DNA of 64,000 bases, taken from Heteronotia binoei (taxonomy: Eukaryota). The translations under genes were made by a program, and so were the position numbers. The notes under the pieces are model-generated. The model searched no databases. It was given only the letters and a program-made list of their open reading frames with translations, and was not told where the DNA came from. Positions 11,265-24,574 of the stretch are shown here, one piece after another (positions within the stretch are counted from its first letter, which is position 1; every line of letters starts with the position of its first letter). The stretch lies in contig NC_083229.1 in NCBI RefSeq assembly GCF_032191835.1, positions 97,588,001-97,652,000 of the forward strand. The letters run 5' to 3'.

Positions 11265-11719
11265 CTCCCAGCTGACACTCAATAAACAGGGATTCAGTTT
11301 CTGACCACCAAACAGCTGCAAACTTGTTCAAACCTGAGTTGCTTCATGGATATATCCATAATCAGCTCACAGCCTGATCACAGGTATTGAATAAGGTAAG
11401 ACTGAGTACTGAACGGGTTCACTAAGAAATTTGAGCTGTACGCATTCTGTTTAAATTGATCTGAGTCATAGAGCTAACTATGAGATCAAAGTCTTAATGG
11501 GCTTAGAGATGGCCATTCACAACAAGGTCCAGAGGTCAGTGAGTGCCCCAAAGATCATCCTGCTCTGGGACAGTGAAAAACCCTCACAGGAAACAGCAGA
11601 ATCCTAGGGATCCGCCCAGTGTAACTATGGACTCAGACAAAAATCTTGCCTCTCATTCTGCCCAGAAAATGTAAATCACAGGCTCATGCAGCCTCAATTT
11701 TGCCTGGGGCTGTTCAGGG

Positions 11720-11930
11720 AAGAAGAAGAGTTGGTTTTTAATACCTCACTTTTCTCTACCCTTAAGGAGTCTCAAAGCATCTGACAATCATCTTCCTCAC
11801 CCCTCCCCACAATAGATGGGTGAAGCAGGTGAGACTGAGAACTGTGAATGGCCCAAGGTAACCCAGCAGACTTCATGGGGAAGAGCAGGGAATCAAACCT
11901 GGTTCTCCAAGTTAGTCTGCCACTCTTATT
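11720..11930 (-). mobile_element. tRNA/CORE-type SINE (MIR-like squamate SINE)
   Basis: Recognisable reverse-strand squamate SINE body (gcccaaggtaacccagcag...gggaatcaaacctggttctcc) with a (TTC)n tail. Related pieces lie near 34340-34455 and 47455-47605. Confidence 0.55.
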
Positions 11931-11989
11931 GGCATTTAAAGGGGAAATGTGTGTGTTTTAAAAGACATGTCATTTTTCCTTAAAATACC

Positions 11990-12760
11990 AACAATGTTAC
12001 AAGATCTCCTGGAGAAATCGTAACTTGGATATTTTAGAGACATTAACTGCATGTCAATATATGTTATCATACGAGGAGGTGGTAATAAAGGTTTGGAGGA
12101 TAAAAGCCCCATTCCTTTTTAAAAAAAAAAATCAAATCAGACATTTAATACCTGCACTTTTAATGAAATATGCAGACTTAAGATCTAAAATATCTTTTGA
12201 ATTATTGTTCTCTGGTAATGTCAAAGATGCTATTACATGGTTGCATTTTTGGCTAATCAGTATGGATAGTAGTCCACTGAGGTACAAAGATTTGCAAATT
12301 ATGATCACAGAAGAATGGTGTTGGCTTTGGGAAAGAACTGTTCTTAGGCTAGTGTCAACTAGTCTTAAAGAAAACAAGTATACTTCTCCAATGGTACCTA
12401 ACTCCCCTACATAGCCCTTATATATAGTACAACAGAGGAGAAGTACTGGAGATTTAATAGTTCTGCGGATGTGTTCCATATTTTCTGGTCTTGCCCTAAG
12501 TATAAAGCATTTTGGAAGACTGCAGTAAGTTGTTAATGAAATGCTGGGTAGGGAATCACCTTTTGAATCCAAATTAATGCTTCTGGGGGTTTTGAGAGGT
12601 TATGTAGACAATTCATATTTGGAGTTAGTACTAAGTTTATTTACAGCAGCAAGGATGGGTATTGCAATAAACTAGAAAAAGCCAGAATCAGTGAGTGGTT
12701 TATCAAGATATGGCTTCTTGCACTGTTATCTAAAATAACATATGATCAAAGTTCAAGTTC
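11990..12760 (+). pseudogene. Degraded L1 ORF2 C-terminal fragment
   Basis: Fragments translate to HIFWSCPK..FW and LFTAARMGIA, interrupted by stops and frameshifts. Confidence 0.55.
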
Positions 12761-12766
12761 AGAGGG

Positions 12767-13111
12767 ACCTTTAAGACGAACACAATTTTATTCAAGGTGT
12801 AAGCTTTAATGTGGATACACACTTCTTCAGATACATTGAAACAGAAGTTACCAGTTGATACATATACCAGTCCTCAACCTGGCCTCACTGATGGACCTCC
12901 TGATGGCATTTGGGTTTTTTGGCTACTGTGTGACACAGAGCGTTGGACTAGATGGGCCATTGGCTTGATCCAACATGGCTTCTGTTATGTTCTTAACCTA
13001 TATATATAGACTGGTAACTTCTGTTTCAGTAAAATGTTGTTGGTCTTCCAGGTGCTACTGCTCAAACTTCATTCTGCTGCTTCAGACCAACATGGCTACC
13101 CACCTGAATCT
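12767..13111. mobile_element. Inverted pair of Penelope-like pseudo-LTR fragments enclosing a CR1 3' end
   Basis: tgaaacagaagttaccag (12837-12854) is the exact reverse complement of 13011-13028. The arms carry the ctgaagaagt..aaagctt..aataaa..ttggtct..ggtgctactg motif. The inner 12913-12995 matches the CR1 3'UTR at ~10985-11070. Confidence 0.55.
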
Positions 13112-13177
13112 GTTGAAGGGCTAGTAGGAGTAATTTATGGAACCTGATTTATTTACTAAATATTGGATATTATTCAT

Positions 13178-14998
13178 TAACGATGGGCACAGACCTGAAC
13201 ACCAAACAAAATCTGGCTCAGACTTTACCTTGTTCGAGGTTAGGACAGTTTGGTTCAAAAGTCACATGTTTGGACCAGGAGGTCTCCGAACTTTCTGCCT
13301 GGTTCGGAACCTCTTGTGCACTCTTGGCAAAGAAACTCCACCCATGGAGTTTTGCACTGAAAAGTGGGTATGGGTGGGATATTTCCAGCCATCGAGGGAC
13401 CAATAGTGACAGTCTGAAGCTGACAGGCAAGTCTGATTTTCAATGACAGGCATCGATCTGACTTCCTAAGGATGGGGTGGGGATGTATATAATCATTGGA
13501 GGCACATTTCTATCCTCTGTTTGCATCTGGTTTTTGCAAGTCTTGTTCTCCTTGCGCATGAAAGAATATCTTTTGGTGTACTGAGGGGGGAGAATTACTG
13601 GGGTGGGTGGAGAAACATGCTGAATCTCTTGGCCTCTATATAAACTGTCAGAGTAAAAAACATAACCTCTCTCTTTTTTTCTCCTTTCCTTGCATTCAGA
13701 GCTACATTTCTTCACACACACACACCCGCCTTTTTCTTTGCTGTGAGAACTGGGAAACATGGATAACTTTTTTTTTCTTTTAAAACATGTTTTTGATTTG
13801 ATTTGGGGGTGGACTGTTCACTTTTGTAGGTTCTGAAAACCATCCTTTCTCTGCATGCTAGCTGTGCGGTCCTCTTTCTGCTCCTCCAAAAAGCACCCCG
13901 TTTCTTCCTGTGTTGCTTGAGGCTCTGTGTGGGAGGTATCCTCTCTCCTCTCCCACTCAGGCACCCAAACTACCTACAGATTTCTGGGGGGCTTGGCTAA
14001 CTGCCCTCTTCCCTAGCTGTGGGGTCTCCTTTCTGCTCCTCCAAAAAGCACTTTGTTTCTGCCTGCGTTGCTTGAGTCTCTTCCTGGGGGGTTTCCTCTC
14101 TCCTCTCCCACTTAGGCACCCAAACTATCTACAGATTTCTGGGGGCCTTGGCCAACTGCCCTCTTCCCCGGCTGTGAGGTATCCTTTCTGCTCCTCCAAA
14201 AAAGCATCCTTTCTTCTATGCCACATATTCCCACACATTCCCTTAGCTAGTCCACGTGTGCCCCCTCCCACAGCTATGCAGTGAGTCCCGGTTGCCAGGC
14301 TTGGTTGTCCCTGTCACCTTCCCAGGTAGGATAGAAGGCTTGGCTCCAATCAGTCATCATGTTGCCAGGGCTGGGTGGCTGGTCCCAGGAAGACACAACC
14401 CCCTGCAGCCATGTGGGTGGTCCCTGGGGAGGTACTCTGGGAGTCAGATGCCTGTAGCTTAACCAGGTCCACCCTCACTAAACTCTGGCGCATCAACACA
14501 CTGCAGCATCTCAAAATGGTGCAGGACAACTCCCCCAAAAACAGTTTCCAGGAGATACCTTGCTTGGTGGTCTGCTACTTGGATCCCCCCAAATCTGACA
14601 TGCATATAACATGTGGGCCATGTGGAGGGTCACCCCAGGGAGGAATTGTGTGCATTGAAGGCCTCTGGCTCACCCAGGTCAGTTTTTGTCACTCCTGAAC
14701 CAGCAGAGGTGACATCCCTTTGAAAAGCATTGCACTGAATGACCTTTTTTAGGGGTCTGTAACTCAGTCCCCTGAAGTCCAATGTGGACCAAACTTGGTG
14801 GGTACATTGAAGAGAGTGATCTGGAGACAACCTGCCATTTTGGAATCTCGAGGCCCTGTGTGGGGCTTTTTAAATACTGGACCAGTTCATGAACTGGTTC
14901 ACAAACCAATCTGTGGTTCAATTTGCGAACTGGTTGGGGAACCGGTCCAGTTCTGTTCATGAACCGAACCAGCATTTTCTGGTCTGTGTCCATCCCTA
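13178..14998. mobile_element. Non-autonomous hAT (Ac-like) DNA transposon, 1821 bp
   Basis: Imperfect TIR taacgatgggcacagacc / ggtctgtgtccatcccta, with a perfect 8-bp TSD ttattcat (13170-13177, 14999-15006). No transposase motifs seen. Confidence 0.85.
13859..14215. repeat. 155-bp internal tandem repeat (~2.3 copies) inside the hAT element
   Basis: Units start at 13859, 14014 and 14169 (gctgtg...ctttctgctcctccaaaaagca...). Confidence 0.85.
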
Positions 14999-17281
14999 TT
15001 ATTCATTTTGAATGAAAAAAAATATTTGCTTATTATGATTTCTTGTAAAAGTACTGGTGAATTTTTTTTGTGCTTGTAGAGATATATGTATGACTATATG
15101 TACTGGGTGTATGTACTGAAATAATAATAATAAATGTCAACAAGAAAGCAGGGTGAAATTTTGTCCCTTTGCTGCATTGTTCCAAAAAGTAAACTAGAGC
15201 TGCAATTCATACGTTAGGGACATATGATCTTTGTCTTGTTTGAATTCTCTATACAATATTTCACTGAAATGGAATTTCTCAAAATTGTTGCCTCTTCATC
15301 CAAGTTTGATTTGCATTGCATTTTTGCATTTCAGTCCATTGACAGTTTTACCGTCTTCTTTTCACAATTGCCTTCATACGCATCTTCCTTACAAAATTAT
15401 ACCTGTCTATACCTATGCAAGTTTCTTCATAAGGCTGCTGGAGTTCCATTCCATGCTACCTGTATATAATGGTTGAGGACATTCTGTTTCACTGTATCTG
15501 AAGAAGTATGCTTAAAATGCTGTTGGTCTTAAAGATGCCACCAGCAGGACCAGCCCATCCATTAGACAACCCTAGGCCTTTGCCTGAGGTGGCAGCCTTG
15601 TAGGGGCGCCAAATTGGATGCCCCATGTGTGGAAAGGGCAGGCAGGATGGCACCATAAGGGTACGCAGCAAGTCGGTGCTGCAGGTAGGCAGGAGAGAAG
15701 GGTACCACTGCAGCAGTCACAGGCTGCCATAATGCAGGGAATTGCATCAGACTTGCAGTTTTGCTTGGGAGCCAGAAGCAGCTCACAGCAATTGATTTGC
15801 AAAGGGGAGAGGAGGGCAGGAAAGGTAGCAGCAGCGGTTGCTGAGAAGGGGGGGGTGGGGGAGCTGTTGAACAACTTTGCTGGTCCCTTTTAGGCTTTGC
15901 AAAGTCTTTTGAGGCTGACAGTCCCCTGCTCAGCTGGTCTTTCCCTTCCCCCTTTCAGAGCTGGCCAAGGAGACTGCTGCTGCTGTCCATGCCACCAGTC
16001 CCAATTGTCCTAGTGTATATACTCAGCAGGACAACTCTACCGAGTACACTGCATGATTACAGATTAGCAGCATTTACTACAGTCACAGAATTATTATTCC
16101 CTGTATCTGGCAGCTCTGGTTTATATATTACATTTATCTGCATCACTGTGTAGTCAATAATCCTATAAATAACATGCTAACATCATACGGTATAAGCCAA
16201 TAACTCTGGATCAGACCTACTGGCATTAATTGGGCTCCTCGGACAAAAAGATGTTGTCGATAGCAACATGCATACAGTCGGGGAAGCAGGAGCACCACTG
16301 AAGTGGGGCATACAAATTCCAGATGGAGCACTTCATAGCAAATAGGAACCTAATGCCACATCTTCAAAGCTCAATGTCTGGGGGATGCCCTAATGAGGTC
16401 AAACTGTTTGAGAAACACCATCAAAGTAATGTTGCAAATTAAACTACAGCAGAGACTAGATAAAACAGTTGCATCGCTGGTGAATCGCATTCCAAATACA
16501 CACATTGTTTGCCAACCATCAAGATCATTTCCAGACTCTTTAAGGAATCAATCCCAAAGCATTAAAAACGTGACTTTCAACATTACTGACAATTGCTACA
16601 TACAGCAGACACGGTCATATGCAGCCTCAGCTGGAAAATTATGTCTTGGTCTTCTTTTTCCAAGACAGAGCTGTTGGTCAGCTTTTGTTGAAATAATAGA
16701 AAGGCAAAAATGAACCTGGACTTCAGGGTTCCAGATGTCAAGCAGTACGGCCATTGCTGCATATCTTTAAAAGAAAAAAAGCTTTGGTGTGCCAAGGAGA
16801 GCTATAAAAAGAAGATATCCTTCCTGACACTTCAAAACTGCAGATATCAAGGCTTTCATCTCAGCTGCTGGTTTGCCTGTCCCTGCCCTGCTGATTTAGC
16901 AAGCAAAAACATGATTGATACATTTTTTTAAATAGGCAGATTCAGCAAAACATAGATTACATGACAGCTCTGCAGTTTGCTCTCAATCCCTGACGAGAGG
17001 AGCACTTTCTTCCCAGATCTCTGCCTGCTGTTAACCATCTTCATTCTGATTATTCAATCAACCAAAATAAGTAAGGAAGTCTCTCTGGACTTTGGAGTTT
17101 GTTCTGTCCATTTTTAGCTCAGAGCAGTCAAATCTTCAACATGAGGGTGTGGGCTGATCATCCATTGCCATCAACAATTTGGTCCAAAAGATCTATCTTC
17201 AGCTACGCTGTACTTGATTCTGACAATGGTAGATTTTTTAAAAAAGCATTTTCTGACATTCTGCCATCTGAGGGGGAAGTG

Positions 17282-17443
17282 CAGTGTTCCTTCTAAGCTG
17301 AGTTAGCTCATAGTTTTTAAGCCTCCAGCTCACACATTTTTGTCCTAGCTCAGGAAAAAATGGCTCCTGAGCAAACTAATTTATACAGTAGCTCACAAAG
17401 TAGAGTTGTTGCTCATGAGACGCCCAATTTAGAGGGAATATTG
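17282..17443. mobile_element. hAT MITE (CAGTGTTCCCTCTAAG family, copy 2)
   Basis: Colinear with 11093-11264. Degenerate TSD gggaagtg/gaggagtg. Confidence 0.75.
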
Positions 17444-17659
17444 GAGGAGTGTAAGAATTTTCTAAATGAGAAAGCATCAAGCTAGGGTAAGAGAGAAGCT
17501 AAGAAAAAGTACAAGACAGTATGTTATTCACCGTTCTTAGGAACCATGATTTCCAGACCGTTAGTTTGTTTTACTTTACCATAATTTAGTAAATCGTAGG
17601 ACTGCCAAGTTTCCACTGGTGGCGAGGGATCCCCCATCCTGGAGCAGGCCATCGGGGGC

Positions 17660-17824
17660 AGGAACTCCTTTGCATATTAGATCACACACTCCTGATGGAG
17701 CCAATCCTCCTGGAGCTTACAGTTGGCCCTGTACAAAGAGCCCTGTAAGCTTTTAGAGGATAGGCTATATCACAGATGTGTGGCTAATATGCAAAGAAGT
17801 TCCTGCTACAAAAAAAAAGCCCTG
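17660..17824. mobile_element. Fold-back MITE (TIR CAGGGCTTTTTT family), left end eroded
   Basis: gcaggaactcctttgcatattag ... ctaatatgcaaagaagttcctgc inverted arms, ending aaaaaaagccctg. Confidence 0.65.
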
Positions 17825-19254
17825 GCCAAACCTAATAAATGTATGACAGCTGAAGGTCATTTGGATCAACTATGTGTCTGTCTTCTTGCTATATGTTAAT
17901 TAATTAACAATCTCATATGGGGTAATCTCAAAGGTGCCTGGGTGTAAAACAAAACCTCTCTATACTTGATTTGGATATCAAGATTTAAAAACAAAACAAA
18001 ACTGAGTGATGAATTCACAAGGCACTAGCATGGACTTTTTCAGCAGTCGCCTTTCTTCCTGTCCTTGTCAGCCCAGAGTCAAAGTTAGGACAACTTGATT
18101 ATTTCATTTGATATATTGGTGCATAGTGAAAAGGAGTCAGGTGAGCTGAGTGCTTTCTCAGCTTCTCACAATAGTAGGCTAAGAGACAAAAAGGAAATTT
18201 CACACAGCAAGAAAATTATTGTCGTTACAGATATTAACTCTCCTTGGATATTTTTATAGTTCATCAAAGAATGGAGATTCAAGTCTTTTCAGGGGTTTCT
18301 GTTTTCCCAGTCTCTTTCATAGGGCCTCACATGAAATGCATCCCTCCGGGGGCAGGGGGCAGATCAGGCAAGTGGCAGAAGATGCCTACCACAAAGTTTC
18401 TAATGAATTTTTTAAAACTCCTCGCTATCAGCTGAGGCTGATGTCATGTGGCTTCTTTATATGGCTCTATGGGTTGCACTCCTGCTGGGGTGCTTTGAGA
18501 TGCTTCTTTTTTTGGAGCTTGATTCATCTCAACTGCAGCTTCTCCCAACCAGCACAAGGACAGGCAGCTGAAGGATGAAGTTATTTTACCTGGCATTCAT
18601 GCCCAGAGAGGGAGAAGTGGTAGGACAGCTGACTACCAGTAGTGGTAGCTGGCACATGTCCCTTCCTCATCCAGCTGGTGTAGGGCTCTTCCCACCCACA
18701 TCAGCTAAGGGGTGCTTAAGTAGCTAGCTGCAGCTATTAAATTTTTCTCGGTTGCTTTATAGTGTGTTTTTAGTGCACATCCACTTTTCTTTGAATCAAT
18801 TCAACCCAACTCATGGATGCAAGCAGAGCTTCAGGCTAGGCTTCCTGCACAGGGGTGGGGCACACCTTGTGTGAAGGCATCATGAGTCCCTGCCAGGGCA
18901 GTTTGCAACCACCTCCATTCAAGGGTTCTGCCCTCCATCATGGCTCCCTTGACCGCTTTCACAGTAGATAACTTGGCTGAATTGGGGATTGCTCATACAC
19001 TGGAGCATCTGTCTGAATGCAGATGGGTGATCAACATTAATCGTCAGGAGCCTTCATAGGAAGGCTGAGGAAGCAAAGGCTGAGGAAGCCTCATTCTCCA
19101 GCAGAGTCCATACCCACATATTCTAGGGAAGATTCATTGCAGAGCCATCCACTGGGCAAGACAAAGTGCACCAGGCATCATAAGTCACAAAGGACAAGGG
19201 AATGCACAGCAGCAATTCAGTGTCTGGTGAGTCATCCTCTATTGATGACTCTGG

Positions 19255-19701
19255 ACATTAATTAAATCAAAAGAGTTTTCAGCTAAACATTAGGAAAGAA
19301 TTTCCTGACAGAGTGGTTCCTCAGTGGCACAGGCTTCACTGGAAGCTGGGGGGCTCTCCTTCTTTGGAGGTTTTTCAACAGAGGCTAGATGGCCATCTGA
19401 CTGCTATGCTGATTCTGTTAACTTGGGCAGGTCATGAGAGGAAGGGCAGGAAGGGTTGCATCAGTGTTTAGTTGTTGTGCCCCTTCTTACTCACACAGGG
19501 AAATGCTGATCACCTCTTTGGGGTCAGGAAGCAATTTTCTCCAGGCCAGTTAGGGATCCTGAAGGTGTTACTTTTTGCCGTCTTCTGGACATGAAGCAGG
19601 AGTCACTGAGAGTGTGGGGGGAAGATATTTGTGACTTTCCTGCATTGTGCAGGTGGTTGGCTAGATGACTCTGGAGATCTCTTCCAACTCGATGATTCTA
19701 T
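19255..19701 (+). mobile_element. CR1 3' fragment
   Basis: Translates to ..LNQKSFQLNIRK.. and ends with a CR1-type 3'UTR (cttccaactcgatgattcta). Confidence 0.75.
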
Positions 19702-19719
19702 AGCATGTATCGGGGAGAT

Positions 19720-22490
19720 ATTGGGTTAAGGGCGCACATATTCCTAGCTTACCAGCTTGGGTGCTGAGGCACAGAGAAGTGGAGGCTTGTCCAGGCATGG
19801 TCTGAATTCTGAGCAGCCAGGTGCTAACAGGGCTTCTATGGCCTTTAGTAACCCTCAGGCATCCATCTTCCCCACAAGGTCTGTGAGTGCATTCTTAACA
19901 GGTGTATTTTCCCTGCTTAAAACAGAAAGGAAGGAACTAAAGTATAGGCCTCATACATGGACAGTTCCAAGGGTACAGTGGAGGGCATCTTCCTAAATTG
20001 GATGTCAGGCTATGTGGGTTTTGTGGGCATGATCCTTTCAGCCTATCCCAAGTGTGGTTGGTATTTGGTTAACCACATGTCAAATGTTTTAAAGGTGTAC
20101 ACTATATCTAGTGAATTTGCTACTACAGACTTTGATGAGGCCTTTCACAAGAGGGGTGCCCATAGTGAGATTTTCAGATGGACTTCATAGATAACAAAAT
20201 TTGGCTTATAAAAGTTGGGACACACATGCGGTGCAGGCCTGATCCCGCCAAACCAAGATGGTTTTCAGGTCTGGCACTCCCCACTAGATTACTGCTGAGA
20301 GTATAACCACAAAGAGAGGGAGAAACTAAACCAACCAAGCAAAAACCTCCAAAGGAAGTTTAGAATACTACGGAGCCAAAGGTTAAAAACTTCAATAGTT
20401 ATAGACAAAAGTACATATGTTCATTACAAAAACATATAAAAACCTTGTAGGTTTGCTGAGAGTATAACCAGGTAAAATGTAATTGCACTAAATGTAAATT
20501 TGATCACAATTGTGGTGTATGTTTTGGTCCTCATCCTGGGCCATCTTGCTCATGTGATGGCACACAGCCCTTAAAGGGGTCCCAATCTTTTTCCAACCAT
20601 GATGGCAAACAAGGAGGAGGATCAGGTACCACCTCCAGCCCCCAATCCACAAAAAAGTGGTGCCATTTCAGGAAACCTGTGCATGGGCCTGGCATACACT
20701 CCTGTTCACTTACAAGCCCTCGTTCCTCTGCTGTTTATGGGAGACATTTGCCACAGGGTTTCAGATGTCCATCATCATCCTGCAAGTACCACTGACAGCA
20801 GGAATCTCAAATCTGCTACGGCTCTTCCTGATATTGTTAGAAGGAAGATCACTAGGGAATGTGGCAAAGAGAGGGTTGCAGGCTCCTTTGCCTTCTCCCT
20901 TCCCAACCTTAGGGTCTCTCCATTGGGGGTGATTCCTAAGAAAACCCCAGATGAGTTCAGATTGATACATCATCTATCATATCCAAGGGGCACATCAGTC
21001 AATTCCACCTGAGTTTTGTTCTGTCAGGCATGTGTCCTGCAATCAGGCGGTCTACTTAGTTGGGTGGCATAGGTGCCCTTATGGCCAAGTGTGACATCCA
21101 GTCTGCCTTTCACCTCCTGCCTGTCCACCCAGCAGATTTTTGCCTTCAGAGTTTTAAGCTTGATGGCCAGTGTTTTGCCAACAAGGCCATATCTTGTGCA
21201 ATGTTTGAAGCCTTTAGCAAGCTTTTTTGGAATATGTAGGTAAGGGCCATTCTGGTAGTCCACATGTCACATGTTATTTGGATGATTTTTAATTTGGTCC
21301 ATGAGGTCTGCCAAATGAGCTCCTTGCCTTTCCACATTCCAAATTCTGGTGTCCAACCTTGGGGTTCCACTCAATAAAAAACTGAGGGCTCATCTTCTCT
21401 GCTTACTTATATGAGCATCCTATTGGATTCCAATCTGGATATCTCCTGCCTTCTAGACAACGAGTTGTCAGTCCTTAGGAACTTTTTTTGCTATTGCATC
21501 AAATAGTCAATAGCAAAAAATGCACCCTCAAAGAGATGCAAGCCCTTTTGGTTCAGCTAAATTTTGCTTTCAGGGTTGTGGCTACTGGGAGGGCTTTTTG
21601 TGTGTGCCTCACTCAGTCCACAAGTGTTTCTGCCCATCATCACCACATTAGAATCACCCAGGGGATCAAAGAAGATTTGAGTATTTGGCTTCAATTTCTT
21701 GACAAGTTTAATGGGGTTGCAATTTGGCAATTGGCTATATCTCCTGGTAGTTCTTCAGGTTCATTCTGATGGGGCAGGCAATATGGGATTTGGGGTTTAC
21801 TTTGCAGGTCATTAGTGCATGCACCGCTGGCCTCTGCAATGGTCAGGAACTGTCATTCTTGAAGATCATACATTTTTGGAGCTATTTCCAATTGTGGTGT
21901 CAGTGATCATTTTGCCAGAATTTCCATAACATACAGATTACATTTTGGTGAGATAATCAGGCTGTTGTGAGCATTATTAACCATCAGTCTTTCCACTCTA
22001 AGCAGGATATGTGCCTTGTTTGCAAATTGTATTGATTTGCCTCTTAAGTAATATCTCCTTTTCAGCAGAATATGTTGCAGGTGTAAGTAACAACATCACA
22101 GATGCCTTGTCTTGATTTCACGATGAGAGGTTTTGGGCCTTGGTTCCCAATGCACTGCAGCACCCGGTCAGTTCCTGGAGCATCTTTGGGATTTTGGGAA
22201 TGAATTATTTTACAGGGAATATTTCAGTTCATAGTCCCTTCCATACACACAGGTCTTACTCACACATCATCTCTTCCATTATGGGGTTTTTGGTGTCTTC
22301 TGGCCTTTGTCCAAACTTCCCAGGCTGCTGTCCTTCATTACTTTGCATACCTCAGGGAGAACTTCCTTGCACTTCCAGGCACCTATGGGCCTACATCTGG
22401 CAGCTAAATACTTTTATAGTAAAGCCATGGGATTTCAAGACCCTTATAATTCCTTCATCATATGGCAGGCTACTGAGGGTTGAAATGTTC
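19720..22490 (+). pseudogene. Degraded DIRS/Ngaro-like YR retrotransposon (gag core, RT, RNase H, start of YR)
   Basis: gag: NWMSGY..AYPK..DFDEAF (19957-20190). RT: PNLRVSPLGVIPKK..FRLIHHLSYP (20599-21012) and QLNFAFRVVATGRAF (21488-21769). RNase H: SDGAG..GFGVYF, FLELFPI, DNQAVV. Many stops and frameshifts. Confidence 0.85.
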
Positions 22491-24574
22491 CAAAGTCAGT
22501 AGCATATATCCAACAAACTGAAAACAGTGTCAAATTATCAATAAATCTCTCTCACACTCTCTGTGTGTGTGCATGCGCGCATGTCTGCAGTAGAAGGCTG
22601 AAATGTGGGGACTCCCTATGAATATCAATTTCAGATATAAAAACAGATTATCCTCTCACACTGAAGATCACCCACATTCATGAAAAATTAAGTATCTCAG
22701 CTTAGTGTAGACTTTTGGGAAAGAGCAGGAGGTCTGTACTGAAATATTTGCCTGAAGTAAACCATGGCGTGTGTGTTTTATGTAAAGGCAACATGGACAT
22801 ATATCAGATAGCCGACAAGACAATCATGATTTTAAAAAAAGATTTTAAAAAAGAGAAACAGCACATATTTAAAGCCAGTATCATTTTTTCAATATTCCAT
22901 TTTGGGAATTGCAAGCATTTCTGTCCCACTCCCAAGGATGATGAAGGAAGGAGAAGGAAGCAATTTCAGCCTTCCACTCCCCACTGCAGCCTCCTGACCT
23001 GTGTGGCTATGACTCAGTGCAGGTCCTGTGTGATCCTAGGAATAAATTTTTCTGGGGCTGGAAATGGCTGGGGCAGGGAGAGGTGGGAGAAAATTTGCAC
23101 CATCAGTGTTTTCTGTTGACACATCACAGGATCAAATGTTTTATACAAAGACAACTTTATCTTAAAACAGAATTTTGCACTATGCTCTCTGAAAGTTTTC
23201 TATTTCCACAGCTCTATGACTTTTGCCAGAAAAAAATTAGGCTCTCATCCAGTTCAAATTGTTATCAATGGAAGTTGTTTGGAATTTATGAGAAATTAGT
23301 AGATTTCAAGGATTTAAATGGGGCTTAGTTACAACTAACCTTGGTAAGAATGGATCTGGGTTTGTGCAGAAAATATGGCAGCTTTTTACTGCATTCAGTT
23401 ATCTGATTTCTATGGAAATGAATTCATTCAAAACAATTTCAGGCAGAGCACAGACTTGTGGCAGATGCTAGCTTGAAATCTGGTAAGTGTTTGTATCTTT
23501 TCCCCACTCCTTTTTTATAAAATCAATTTCCTTCCTTGCTGCAGCTTGGTCATCATCCTCTTATTAAGCCCAAAAAGGACTCCAGTGGTTACCTATTCAC
23601 TTTGGCCAATACATTCAAGAAAACCAATACATTCAAGCAAACAAACACTCCTTCTAGCAAACTGCCTCAATCTCACAGCTGCCAAGCTCTGGACAGGCCA
23701 TTTTTTTTGGCTCAAAATATGAACACAGACATTTTAAACTGGATCTTAATGGAAGGAAAGAGTGTGTACTGAGGGCTTGATTGTAACCTTAGACATCTAT
23801 TGCTGCCCAGCAAGGTGTTCCCTCCCCTTTAGGAGTTCAAAGCTATTGAAATATATAGATACCATTAGTTAAATTGCACAACACAGACATGCTGGCATTG
23901 CTGAGAAAAAATAAATGAAGATTCTAGATGTGCAAAATGATTTCATTAGGACTTGTTCATGGGCAGGATGGCAGCATAGAGTATTCATCTTAATCGTACA
24001 AATATTATGCCCTGGGGAATAATTTTGTAAAGGAAAATAACCTAATTTGGTATCATGACTATAATGCAAAACAAAAAAATAAAATAAAATTACTTAGTTG
24101 CATCTATAGCCCACATTGTTAGTTTGTTATGAATGACAATTAGCATTATGATTACATTTCTATTTATCCTATATAAGATCTGTTACCACATTCTTGGGCA
24201 ATGTTCCACAGTCCTACAAAAGAAAGTTGCATTGGGGTGTACTTTCCAAAATTCCCGAGCTGAAAATATACATTTAAAAATCACTGTTTTGTATAATTAG
24301 CCTGAACAGTAATAATAAAAAAAAACCATTACCCACCCACCCCCAAAATGTTGTTTTTCATGTTTGGATGCTTACTTTCAACAGCAACAAATGACTTGTT
24401 TTAATTTCTGCTGATTTCTCAGGCAATGGCATTTCTCCTTCTAATCAGATCCTTACAAGAGATCAGGAGGTGAGTACTCCTGACCAATTACCTTTGGAGA
24501 CAAGCCCTATCAGTACCTTGACTAGCACTGAATTTCAAAGTCTAACTACACACTAATAAGTACTTAATTTTGTT

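Noticed and set aside
16393-16931. Short ORFs and splice-like sites in non-repetitive sequence
   Set aside because: No recognisable homology and no consistent exon structure; cannot support a host exon without a search.
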